Shown: positions 21,269 to 31,868 of the stretch, piece by piece
Position numbering within the stretch: position 1 is the stretch's first letter
Layout: each line of letters starts with the position of its first letter
From: Lepidodermella squamata
Taxonomy: Eukaryota; Animalia; Gastrotricha
DNA length: 64,000 bases
Direction: 5' to 3'
NCBI GenBank assembly: GCA_047495785.1
Contig: JBLDXI010000029.1
Coordinates: 1,674,001-1,738,000, forward strand
The notes under the pieces: model-generated
Seen by the model: only the letters and a program-made list of their open reading frames with translations
Databases searched by the model: none
What the model was told of the DNA's origin: nothing
Program-made: the position numbers and the translations under genes

Positions 21269-23602
21269 TCAATTATAGTACATTTTCATAACAGTTGTCT
21301 TTCGACGCAGTGCGTTTAATCGGCGCAGAATTTTCGATGACGGTAGCCGAGACACTGCTTCACCTGCAGCATCCTTTACGTCTCCAACTTTAACCCACAG
21401 CAAAGCAGCGACTACGGCTGATTGAATCTGCAATCCAACAGCGACTGCAATATTTTGTCTACTAGTTGATTTCAGCATGAAAACAACTGCGGTAAGAGCG
21501 AGAAATAGAATTGACGAGACAGCTATAGCCACGGCTAATCGCCTCACATAGGGGAAATACCGCAAATATCTATTCCCTACAAGTTTCATCCCACAAATCA
21601 AACCTATTTCAAGAACCGCGAGATTCAAAAGCAGAAGAGCTGCTGACCATTCCATGGCATAGTTTGACGAGCACACGACAGAATACTCTTCAACAAAAGT
21701 ATCGGCTTCGACTATGTAATACCTGGCATTTTCTGGTGTCGTAAGCACTGCGCGGTAAGGGTCAGACTTCAACCAAGATATGACGATGATAAAATTAAAA
21801 AGAAGAAACAAAAGCGTTCTAATAAAGAACGAAGGTTCATCCCTGAAAGGATCAGGGGCACGACGTTGGCCCGACGAATTTTGCTGCAATACTAAGCAGC
21901 AAGTCCTCAACCGAAATACCAAGTAACTGTACAGAAGTGACAACCCTGAAGCAACGGTGATTATAGTCGCCTCACAAACAGAGCTGTTGCGCATTGACGT
22001 CGGAGTTGCGAGTAGAATCGACCCTCCTGCTGAGAACAGGAAGCTCAGCATTATATGAATGTTATCAATTTTATGCCTGAGATTATTTTTATCATGTGTA
22101 ACAATGTAAGCAATTCCGCTGATTTGACAAACGACGACCAAGCATGCTGTTGTTGTCAAGAAGATGAAAACTAAAACAGGGATGCCGGCATCGACGTATT
22201 CTTCATAAGCAGCATCTTTAGGCAGAAAATTTGGTGCAAAAGGCGCAATTACTCTAATTTTGAACAACGAAATCTCGTTGATCGTCGTAGCATTTTCATC
22301 CAAAGACACGGTATATCTCGGTTGAAGGCCTGTCTTTTGTGACCACGTAGCTACCCATTGGGTTTCATAGTCCATTTCCATTCTCGCAGAATAGTGAAAG
22401 AAGCCATGTTGCTGATTCCGATACCTTAGGTTCCCAATGCTTTGATTAACGGCGAGCATGACGTTCCTAGGATCGTTCGGAAAGTTTCGAAGCGTAGAGT
22501 TTCGACTGTTTAAAAGCTTTTCCGCTTCAGCTAGCGTGACTACAGAATGTAGAGCTAGATCATAACAGGTGAATCGAGATAGGTAGTCACCCATTTTCAT
22601 GTCGATTGGATAGTTCGATTTAAGGTACTCATCAAACGCAGAACGGGTGTTTCCTAAATAATCTTTGCCAATAATGTCATTTCCAATAGGAATTGAAGAA
22701 GGGGCCCCAAAAAACAATACTATCTCAGCTTGTTCCTTAAAAATTGAGACATTGCAGTTTTTCGGGTACAGATAGGGCGGAAAGAAACTGGGATCTACGA
22801 AAGCAGTAGCGAACGTTAGGAACATGTATCTATTCCCTCTAATCCCATTTTTGTATGCTTGACAAAGGAAACCTAAGAAAATGAATGGGTCGATGTTTTC
22901 AAAGGAAAAAATTCGAATGTCCTTTCTGATAAATGATTGCATTATATCATCGTTGAAGTCTGAACTTGCTTCTATCGTTTGAACCCCTAGGCCGAATCGG
23001 TTATTCATTGCAAGTGTGTAAGTCGCTGCCTCCAAGCCGAAAGAGCTCTCATTTGCCGGGAACACAACTGCTGTTTTCTTCCAAGGAGTGAACTGTTTGA
23101 TGAAGCTTAGTCGAGCCATTATCGTTAATTGGGATGAGGCTTTGATACGCCATAGGTTTGGATACAGATCTCTTCGATCAACTTGACCAGGTGAGAGGCA
23201 AGATTGAGTAATCGCTACCATGTTCATATGATACGCAACTCTGCCCCAACTCTTACAGCCCAGAGTCTGGCCCAGGCCGACTGTCACTGGGGCTAGAAAT
23301 AGCCCAGGCTCGGCCGTTTCTGTCATTGACCGCACGAAGTTGATGCTAACGGAGGTTGCCAGCATGGCTTGAATTCCTTCGTCGGAATTATCGAATTCGA
23401 GGTGGTAGTCGGACAAAATGTCGGAGTGATTATTCGCGATGTCATAAGCTGTTTGAAAGGCCCATCGGCAGTTCCTGCCATCTCCTGTGTTTCGAGACAA
23501 CCCCTCTAAGTAAAGTGTACGCAAGCGGTACGGCTTTCTAGACTGGGTCTGAATCACTGCCGAACCGGCGAGAAGAATAAAAAATATAAGCCCACTTTCC
23601 AT
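21269..23602 (-). CDS. Intronless class C GPCR (GABA-B-like VFT + 7TM), copy 1
   Basis: Signal peptide; AFQTAYDIANNHSDILSDYHL, DLYPNLWR, WKKTAV, FLCQAYKNGIRGNRYMF; seven hydrophobic segments. ATG chosen by paralog alignment. Confidence 0.9.
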   Translation of the reverse strand: MESGLIFFILLAGSAVIQTQSRKPYRLRTLYLEGLSRNTGDGRNCRWAFQTAYDIANNHSDILSDYHLEFDNSDEGIQAMLATSVSINFVRSMTETAEPGLFLAPVTVGLGQTLGCKSWGRVAYHMNMVAITQSCLSPGQVDRRDLYPNLWRIKASSQLTIMARLSFIKQFTPWKKTAVVFPANESSFGLEAATYTLAMNNRFGLGVQTIEASSDFNDDIMQSFIRKDIRIFSFENIDPFIFLGFLCQAYKNGIRGNRYMFLTFATAFVDPSFFPPYLYPKNCNVSIFKEQAEIVLFFGAPSSIPIGNDIIGKDYLGNTRSAFDEYLKSNYPIDMKMGDYLSRFTCYDLALHSVVTLAEAEKLLNSRNSTLRNFPNDPRNVMLAVNQSIGNLRYRNQQHGFFHYSARMEMDYETQWVATWSQKTGLQPRYTVSLDENATTINEISLFKIRVIAPFAPNFLPKDAAYEEYVDAGIPVLVFIFLTTTACLVVVCQISGIAYIVTHDKNNLRHKIDNIHIMLSFLFSAGGSILLATPTSMRNSSVCEATIITVASGLSLLYSYLVFRLRTCCLVLQQNSSGQRRAPDPFRDEPSFFIRTLLFLLFNFIIVISWLKSDPYRAVLTTPENARYYIVEADTFVEEYSVVCSSNYAMEWSAALLLLNLAVLEIGLICGMKLVGNRYLRYFPYVRRLAVAIAVSSILFLALTAVVFMLKSTSRQNIAVAVGLQIQSAVVAALLWVKVGDVKDAAGEAVSRLPSSKILRRLNALRRKTTVMKMYYN

Positions 23603-23669
23603 TCTAGGAGTGTAATACAACAGTTATTGCATGATTCGATAAGGGACTGCTCCCTTCTATTATTCGATC

Positions 23670-23720
23670 TTTTCCACCCACATAGCTTCCTATTTATTAC
23701 TTCAACGTCTGCGCTTCCGA
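23670..23720 (-). promoter_or_regulatory. Conserved upstream motif of the intronless GPCRs (putative core promoter)
   Basis: Minus strand GGAAGCGCAGACGTTGAAGTAATAAATAGGAAGCTATGTGGGTGGAA, ~70-120 bp above the ATG. Homologous at ~27755-27803 and ~34279-34325, weaker at ~38122 and ~43664. Contains a TATA-like ATAAATA. Confidence 0.55.
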
Positions 23721-24287
23721 TGATTCCGTTTTTAAGAGGTTCCTCATTCTCTTCCCAACTTCACGCATATCAACAATAGAAGCTGAATCACTATAATACC
23801 CTCATTACTTCCATGATTTCTCCCGGTGCGACGAAACTTGAACATGTCTAAACTGTCACGAAACGTGGAGTGTCGGAAGTGCGTGATAACTTGACGGTGA
23901 AATGTGAAATCTTTGTGTGAAACTTGACAGGGAAGTCTCGCGATAGGACACGTGAGTTAGGGGACAACAACATTGAACTTTTGAATACATTGAAGTGACG
24001 AATAGGAAACTATGCGGCTTTAGAAAAGAGCAATTAACCTGATATCAACCAGTCAACATTATTCTCTGAACGGTTTCTATATTGCCACATTTTTCGCTGA
24101 TTCCAAATTCCAAATCTGAAGACCTAGCAAATCCCATCGTTCGGCGCATTTCGGCGATATTTCATGAGTAAATTTCAATTTTTAGCCTTTTTTAACGCGT
24201 TAACTACCAAACTTTACACGACTTCAGCCGCTTTTGCATTACACCATTGGAATGGTAAATGATGGTAATTGATGGCGTAGCCAGATA

Positions 24288-24392
24288 CTAGGGCGCCGAT
24301 ATAAGGGCGGGGACATTAGGGCTTAGGCTAAAAGAGCGCTGGACAAAAGGGCGACAGACATAAGGGCAGCCGGATAAAAGGGCGCCCGAATT
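24288..24392. repeat. ~15-bp degenerate tandem array (GACAWAAGGGCG), probable MULE subterminal repeats
   Basis: About 7 units (gatataagggcg, gacattagggc, gacaaaagggcg, gacataagggc, gataaaagggcg) next to the MULE relic. Confidence 0.7.
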
Positions 24393-24504
24393 AATTAACG
24401 GTTAAAGAAAAATGTAATTTAGGAATATGAAAACAATTCGATGAACTTGAAACTTTACACACCTACCGTAAATTCCCAAATACAAGCCTAGGTGGCACTA
24501 AAAC

Positions 24505-24785
24505 TGACTGTCCGACTGGCAGGTTCTGGTCATCAGGACATAGAACAACGGTACTGCCTTGATTCCCATCAAGCCCTGAAGGGTCCAAACCTGGTGAAAT
24601 AGGCAAGGACATACATCAAAGGTGCCGTCTCCTAACCAGTGAGGAAATCTCACAAGCATATCAAGATTTCGACGTGTTGTAAAGATAATTATGCGATGCG
24701 GGTCTTCGAGCCCAGAATCAAACTGGAGAAACCGCTCTCCGTGTTGGGTGTTGTGCAGGTCTTCGGGAATCTGTAGCTCAACTTG
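24505..24785 (-). pseudogene. MULE (Mutator-like) transposase fragment
   Basis: Manual translation: LQIPEDLHNTQHGERFLQFDSGLEDPHRIIIFTTRRNLDMLVRFPHWLGDGTFDVCPCLFHQVWTL, frameshift, AVPLFYVLM. This is the W..DGTF..P..F.Q MULE signature. Missed by the ORF track. Confidence 0.88.
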
Positions 24786-25364
24786 ATTGACTGGATTGGC
24801 TTGTACTGCGCGTAAGCCACGGCGAACGCGACTGATGAGACAGTAGCAGCTCCCCGGCTCGCCGAGAATGCGTTCTATGGATTCTATATTCTATTCTTTC
24901 ATTGATAAAGCGTCACGTGTACAAACATACATGAATTATATATTTAGCATGTGCTTTTATTCAGAAAATTCCTAGAAAATCAGTAAAAAATCATGGAAGT
25001 TCGCTCCAAGTATCGATGAAGATCCATGATGCGGGCCTGTTAAAATTCATTTGAAATACTTTGAAAAAATAATCAACGTGTTCCTCGTGATTTCCTTTGT
25101 CTGGATCCATCAACCAAAACCTTGGGAAAATCGAAACCGTCACGGAACAACGAACACGCTGGTTAATATTTCATGATTTTTAACTCAATATGGACGACCA
25201 AAATATTATCCATTGAGAACCAATGAATGGTTCCCTATTTTCCGATGAAATGGTAATATAAAACGTGGCGCACTCCATTTATTTCCCAGCACAATATATT
25301 ATCAAAAATTGCCTGCAAAAGCATTATTTTTTTATATCATGAGAACTGTAGTGTAGTTCAAGCT

Positions 25365-27689
25365 TTATCTGGTGTAAATTCTCTTAATAGCGGCCTTGTG
25401 ACTCAATGCGTCAAATCTGCTCATCATTTGCGACGACGGTAGCCGAGACAATGCTTCACCTGCAGCATCCGCTCCGTCCCCGACTTTGACGTACAGCAAA
25501 GCAGCCACTATTCCCGATTGAATTTGCAGTCCAACAGCGACTGCAATATTCTGTCCGCTAGTAGATTTCAGCATGAAAACGACCGCAGTTAGGGCAAGAT
25601 ATAAAGTCGAGGAGACAGCTATAGCCACGGCTAATCTCCGTACAAAAGGGAAATAGGGCAAGTATCGATTCCCCACAAGTTTCACCACGTAAATCAAACC
25701 TACTCCAAGAACGGCGAGATTCAATACAAGAAGAGCTGCCGACCATTCAATGGCATAGTTTGATGAGCAAATGACAGAATACTCTTCAACATAAGTATCG
25801 GTTTCAGCAATGTAGGATCTAGAATTTTCTGGTTTGGCAATAACTGCCCGGTAAGGATCAGACGTCAACCAAGAGATGACGATGACAAATTTCAGGAGAA
25901 GAAACAGAAGTGTTCTTATTGCAAACGACGCTTCCTCCCTACCGGGATCTCGTTGACGTGATGTTTTTTGCCGCAATACTTTCGAAGCAGACCTCAGACG
26001 GTTTACCATATAACTGTATAGAAGTGATAGTCCTAACACAAATGTGAATATGCTTGCCTCGCAGACAGAGCTGTTACGCATTGAGGTCGGTGTTGCGAGA
26101 AGAATCGACCCTGCAGCCAAGAGCAGGAAACTCAGCATTACAAAAATGTCATCAAGTTTTCGCCCGATATTCTTTTTATCATGGGCAATGATTAAGGAGA
26201 TGCCACTAATTTGGCAAACTACGACTAGGCAAGCTGTTGTTGTCAAGAAAATGAAAACTGCTACAGAGATGCCGGCATCGACGTATTCTTCATAAGCAGC
26301 ATCCTTAGGCAGAAAATTTGGTGCAAAAGGCGCAATTACTCTTATGTTAAACAACGATGGATCGTTGATCGTCGTAGCATTCTCATCCAGAGACACGGTA
26401 TATCTAATCTGAAGCCCTGATTTTTGTGACCAAGTTGCCACTAATTGGGCTTCATAGTCCATTTCCATTCTCGCAGAATAGTGAAATAAGCCATGTTGCT
26501 GATTCCGATACCTCAGGTTCCCAATGCTTTGATTAACAGCGAGCATTACGTTTTGAGGATCATCCTTGAAGTTTCTAAGCGTAGAGTTTCGACTGTTCAA
26601 GAGCTTCTCTGCCTCCGCCAGCGTTACTATAGAGTGCAAGGCGAGCTCATAGCAGGAGAATCGAGATAGAAAATCGCCCATTCTCATGTCGATTGGATAA
26701 GTCGATTTGAGATAATTTTCAAAGTCAGACCAAGTCAGACCGAAATAATCTTTGCTTATGCCATCATTTGGAATAGGGATCGTAGCAGGGGCACCAAAAA
26801 GCAATACTCTTTCTGCTTGTTCCTTATAAATTGGGACGCTACAGTTCTTCGGATACAGATGTGGTGGAAAGAAATTTGGGTCCACGAAAGAACTGGCAAA
26901 GGTTAGGAACAGGTACCTAGTACCTCTAATCCCATTTTTGTATGCTTGGCATAGGAAACCTAACAGAATAAATGGGTCGGTGTTTTCAAAGGAAAATATT
27001 CGAATGTCCTTTTTGATAAATGATTGCATAATATCGTCATTGAAGTCTGAACTTGCTTCTATTGTTTGAACTCCTAGAGCGAATTGGTTATTCTTTGCAA
27101 GCGTGTACGTAGCTGCCTCAAACCCAAAAGAGCTCTCATTGGCTGGGAACACAACAGCTGTTTTCTTCCATGAAGTGAATTGCTTGATGAAGCTTAGTCG
27201 AGCCATTATCGTAAGTTGTGATGAGGCTTTCATACGCCACAGGTTTGGATACAGATCTCTTCGATCAACCTGGCCGGGTGAGTGGCAAGCTGGAGTGATC
27301 GCTACCATGTTCATATGAGACGCAACTCTGCCCCAACTCTTACAGCCCAGAGTCTGGCCCAGGCCGACTGTCACGGGGGCTAGAAATAGACCGGGCTCGG
27401 CCGATTCCGTCATTGACCGCACGAAATTGATGCTAACGGAGGTTGCCAGCATGGCTTGAATTCCTTCGTCACGATGCTCGAATTCCAGGTGGTAGTCGGG
27501 CAGTATATCAGAGCGATTATTCGCAAAGTCGTGAGCTGTTTGAAAGGCCCATCGACAGTTCCTGAAATCTCCTGTGTTCAGAGACAATCCTAGTAGGTAA
27601 AGTGCTCGCAAACGGTACGGCTTTCGAGGCTCAGTCTGAATTATGACCAGGGAGGAGAGGATAATCAAAAATATAAGCGCATTCGCCAT
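25365..27689 (-). CDS. Intronless class C GPCR, copy 2
   Basis: Close paralog of copy 1; starts MANALIF. Confidence 0.9.
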   Translation of the reverse strand: MANALIFLIILSSLVIIQTEPRKPYRLRALYLLGLSLNTGDFRNCRWAFQTAHDFANNRSDILPDYHLEFEHRDEGIQAMLATSVSINFVRSMTESAEPGLFLAPVTVGLGQTLGCKSWGRVASHMNMVAITPACHSPGQVDRRDLYPNLWRMKASSQLTIMARLSFIKQFTSWKKTAVVFPANESSFGFEAATYTLAKNNQFALGVQTIEASSDFNDDIMQSFIKKDIRIFSFENTDPFILLGFLCQAYKNGIRGTRYLFLTFASSFVDPNFFPPHLYPKNCSVPIYKEQAERVLLFGAPATIPIPNDGISKDYFGLTWSDFENYLKSTYPIDMRMGDFLSRFSCYELALHSIVTLAEAEKLLNSRNSTLRNFKDDPQNVMLAVNQSIGNLRYRNQQHGLFHYSARMEMDYEAQLVATWSQKSGLQIRYTVSLDENATTINDPSLFNIRVIAPFAPNFLPKDAAYEEYVDAGISVAVFIFLTTTACLVVVCQISGISLIIAHDKKNIGRKLDDIFVMLSFLLLAAGSILLATPTSMRNSSVCEASIFTFVLGLSLLYSYMVNRLRSASKVLRQKTSRQRDPGREEASFAIRTLLFLLLKFVIVISWLTSDPYRAVIAKPENSRSYIAETDTYVEEYSVICSSNYAIEWSAALLVLNLAVLGVGLIYVVKLVGNRYLPYFPFVRRLAVAIAVSSTLYLALTAVVFMLKSTSGQNIAVAVGLQIQSGIVAALLYVKVGDGADAAGEALSRLPSSQMMSRFDALSHKAAIKRIYTR

Positions 27690-28074
27690 TCTAGGATTTG
27701 AATGAAAAAGCTGAATGTTCGAGAAGGGATGTCTTCGTCCATTTATATTGTATTGTCCACCCACTTGGCTTCTTATTTATCACTTCCACGTCTGCGCTTC
27801 CGAATTATTTTGACTCTGAGAGTTTCTTCGTGACGATGCTCATTCTCTTCTCAGGTTCATGCAATAGCAATAGAAGCTGAAGCTTATATCATCCTCATTC
27901 CTCCCGTGACGTATTCCGGAGCAAAAGAAATACGAGCATCTCCAATAAATCACAAGAAAGCACTTAGCTGTCGGAAGGGCTTTTGATGGCAAAACTGATC
28001 TCTTTATGGATGAGATAATGTTTTCAAAGACATCTCGCGAAAAGACAAATGAGTGTGAGGAAACTCCTGAAAGC

Positions 28075-28305
28075 CTAATAGGAAGCGCAGACGTTCAAGT
28101 GATAGGAAGCTGTCTGGGTCGAAAAGGGCGAATATACAGGGATATCCCTTTTCGTTCAATCAATCCTTAAATCAGATTTTTCATTTTAACCTTAGAATTG
28201 CGAATGCCCTTGTGTTTCCGATTATCTTTTACCACTTGGCAGTGATTCAGCACGAGTCCAGAAAGCCGCACCGTTTTCAAACGCTTTGCGTAAGACAGGT
28301 CTCAC
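28075..28305 (+). pseudogene. Inverted, decayed copy of the GPCR promoter and first ~35 codons
   Basis: GGAAGCGCAGACGTTCAAGTGATAGGAAGC, then ATTGCGAATGCCCTTGTGTTTCCGATTATC...CAGAAAGCCGCACCGTTTTCAAACGCTT, matching ATGGCGAATGCGCTTATATTTTTGATTATC...CGAAAGCCGTACCGTTTGCGAGCACTT of copy 2. Confidence 0.75.
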
Positions 28306-28361
28306 AAATCAGAGATCATAAACCGGTGGATGGTGGAACAATAGAGTTGAGCCGAGCTAGT

Positions 28362-31300
28362 TAACCCTCCAAGTCCGGCTGGTGTATGTGTAAGTCGCTT
28401 GGTGTTTTGGAAAGTTGCAAAAAAATGCCAAAAATGTGCGTTACTATTGTAACTTTTAAAAGTGCTTGTGTTAACACGAGTCCTGAAATATTTCCCCAAT
28501 TTTTTCATTTTGACCAAAAATGCCGTTTTCACATGTCAAAACACAAGTGATTCGATAGATAGCCGAATTTTGTGCTTGTCGAAACACAAGTGATCCATGA
28601 AGGTGACTGACAAAACTTTGATTTATCGATCAGGGTTAGTTAATAAATCAGTGGCACCTTGATAAACCGGCTGGTATTAAAGTTACCCGCCCTAACTACG
28701 ACCTATTAGCCCATGAAAATTCAATAAAAATCGCGGGCAGAATTTTCGTCACCAATTTTGTCTCTCGCACCCAATTCAAATGAAAATTTGAGGAAGGTTT
28801 ACCGCAGACTAGATCTATCGACTGGTGAAAACCATTTTAAAACATTCCTCATGGTTGAAAAGTTATTGATAAAATGCGATGCAAAAAAAATATTAAGCAT
28901 ACTTTATTCGTTGCGAGCTTGCGTACGCGTGGGTGGGCATTACTTCGTTCCCAATATATCGCCTGATTATGTAAACTAAATATCAACCTCTCCTAATGTT
29001 GATCCGAAGGGTAATGTGACCTATCTGCCCTCGTTTAAAAAATTGACGTCCGATTTTATCCGCAACTACTAGGGGTATAATATGCCCAGATGGTATACGA
29101 CCTCTTGCGCACAGTCCTAAGGGCAGTCCTAAAATGTCGCCGGACGGGTTGAAGCCTGCTTCAATAAGGCTTTGTCAATTTCCACGGGTTTGGCGGAGTC
29201 GATAGTTTGCCTTGGAGGAGTGCAAAAAACGCCAAGTTAAAAATTCCTAGGTTCGATTTTTGAGAGATCGCCCAGTCATCTTACATTTGCTTAAATTCAA
29301 CTGCTTGAATTCAACTGAGATCACGCTCTCTAGGCTTCAGGGTATTCGGTTTAAACTCAAACCAGTTCCTACCAGTTTACACCGGTGCCGGTATAAACCG
29401 GTTTTTTTCAAGTTCAATAAAAACCGCGGTTTTAAGTAAACAGACAAATCCGACGGTTAGATAATAAGACATCACCGGTAATATGTCGTCCTAGCTGAAA
29501 GTGTTGGCACAAAGATCAGCTAAAAGATCAGGGGTGGCGTTAGTTATGATAAACAGCTTTGATTCAAAGCGTGAAGGATCATTTGCCAAGTAAGAATCGG
29601 CCAAATTGGAACAAAAATCAATCATTCACTGTATAATCGATAATCAATATCCAATAACCGATACTTCCAGTGTAAAAACAGATGTGCTCAGCGTGTTCAG
29701 CGCCTCAGATTACCCCTAGAACTCAAATATCTCCAAATTCCAAATAATTCGCAAAACGAACGAAAATATCGCAAAATCAAAAATTTTGAAAAATGTGCGG
29801 AAAATTGTAAAAAATTTTTTTTCAAAGGAATCGGGAAAACCGCGTCTTTTGTTCGCAAAATCCCCTTAGAATTCCCGGCGGGGTAAAGTTTGCACGGGGA
29901 ACTCAATCCTGTTTTATTCAGAATTTTCATAGCTATCACAGATCTGGAGATAATTAGCTGTTTTTTTAATTTTTATTGCTTTATTGCATTTAATCGAATT
30001 TTCATGAAAATAGTCGAGTAACACATCAAACTATGCAGTTTTTTGCGTAGATTAACGTGGTGCACTCGAAAATTCAATGGAAGCTAAGACATTTGAGTTG
30101 TTCGACTCTCCTTTGGTCATATCCTTTGATTATTGACATTCATTAAAAACCGGTGTTTATTACCGGTATAAATCGGTTTAAACTGGTGGGCGGTTTTTTC
30201 AGAATAAAAACCGGTCGGTATAATACCCTGCGAGGCTTCAGTGGGCTATGCTATTTTTCAAGGGCTCTCCAATGGTATAAGTTGTTTGAAAATTAAAGCC
30301 AAATTGAGTGAGCCGCGAAGACATCCTCCTGGCTAAACTCTTTTGCCCCATTCTTTATTTTGAAGCCATTCATCCGTAGATTTGCCTTCATTTTCTGAAA
30401 TAAAATTCGAAATTTCAGAGCTATATAGGTGATTTCCTTGCTCTACTCATCGAGACCTATCTATCGGTACCAAACATAAGGTATTTTCGTTGATACCTGG
30501 GGTGGCCCAAATAAGGGCACCTGTTGCCCTAATTCTGGCCGGTTGACCGAGTGACAGGGAAATTTTTCCAAAGCAAGGTAACATCTTTCGGATTTTTATA
30601 TACCGGCATTCGATAGCCCATGTGCCCTTCTAGGAGATAGCTATTGCTGTTTATTTTTAAAAAGATTACCTGACTCAGAAAGTTTAAAAAACCTAAAAAA
30701 CCCCAAAAAACCCCGAAATGCGGCCCAATTTAGGGCGGGGTGCTCTGGTTTCAAATTTGTAATCAGCGACCCAGATTATAGTTACCCACCAAATCTCGAC
30801 CAATCATGAACAAAACTTAAGAAAACAGGCCTTAATACACACAGGTGTGTAAATCGAGCACCATATACATGAAATACACACATGTGTGTAATTGGCAGCC
30901 AATGTGTTAACCCTCTAAGTCCGACTATGGGTTTTCGTCAATCGCAACTTCTCGGCGTTGGTGTGGATCGCTTATTAATTTTAGACTAAAAATGTTTATA
31001 CCACGGTTGAGCCCCATACCTGAGCTTTCAGCACCCAGGCGGGCGCGTCCACAACGTGAGATTACGCAACACAGTAATTAGGTGAATGTCCCTCGCCTCT
31101 TAAAGTCGTCGAATCACATGTGCCATTATGTGTGCACAAATCATGTTCGGCAATTTTTTGTCGCTCTGATTGCCATTCGAACACACGAACGTGTTTTGGA
31201 AACCAATTTACATGCGAAAACACCATAGACATGATTTCAGTATAGACTGTCTACTCACGAGAAAAGGGGTGTAACGCCATGGGCGCCAGATGGTCTGCTG

Positions 31301-31630
31301 ATTCATCAATTTCCTGGATCTTCTTGGAAGGCTAAAAATCGAAAAGTTCACAATTTCCTATTGGAGGTTAATTTCACCTTCTATTGGAGGTGTGCGAATC
31401 CCGCAAGTGAAAGTACCTCGGAATCACACTTACTTTGGGAATCTCGTGGGAGAGGCATCTTGATCGGCTCTCGGCGAAAATTAACGATTTCTTTCTTAAT
31501 CTTAAGTTTTCTTAATAACGATCCACTTTAGGGTCCAAGTTCTTTAGTTCCATGATCTTTTGTGTGGCGCTGACGCCACCTGGTGCAATGACACGCGCCC
31601 TTCTCGCACGCGCCCGTTTCTCCCGCCTCG
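28362..31630. mobile_element. Nest of non-autonomous DNA transposon fragments between GPCR copies 2 and 3
   Basis: piggyBac-like ends TTAACCCTC.AAGTCCG at 28362 and 30907; a ...CAATGTGTTAA end at 30910; inverted CCCGCCCTAA / TTAGGGCGGG at ~28686 and ~30729; hAT element inside. Confidence 0.55.
29338..30230. mobile_element. Non-autonomous hAT-like element
   Basis: TIR CAGGGTATT...AATACCCTG; 8-bp TSD CTAGGCTT / CGAGGCTT (1 mismatch); subterminal AACCGG repeats at both ends. Confidence 0.8.
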
Positions 31631-31868
31631 GAGTTTTATTTAACTAATACGCATCCTTGAAACTGATAGCCTTGTTTGAGTTTACGAGCAGCTTTGTCTG
31701 GAAAGGCTTGAGTCTGGGGTTTCGAGTTCGTGGTCAGCCTTGTATTTTGAGATACATTCTTATGCCATATCAACAGTATCAGCAGAAAAAACAAATACCA
31801 GTAGCGTAACTTTTATTTAGAGCAATTGGTGAGAATATGGTTCTAGTTATTTCATTCAGCTCTGCATT

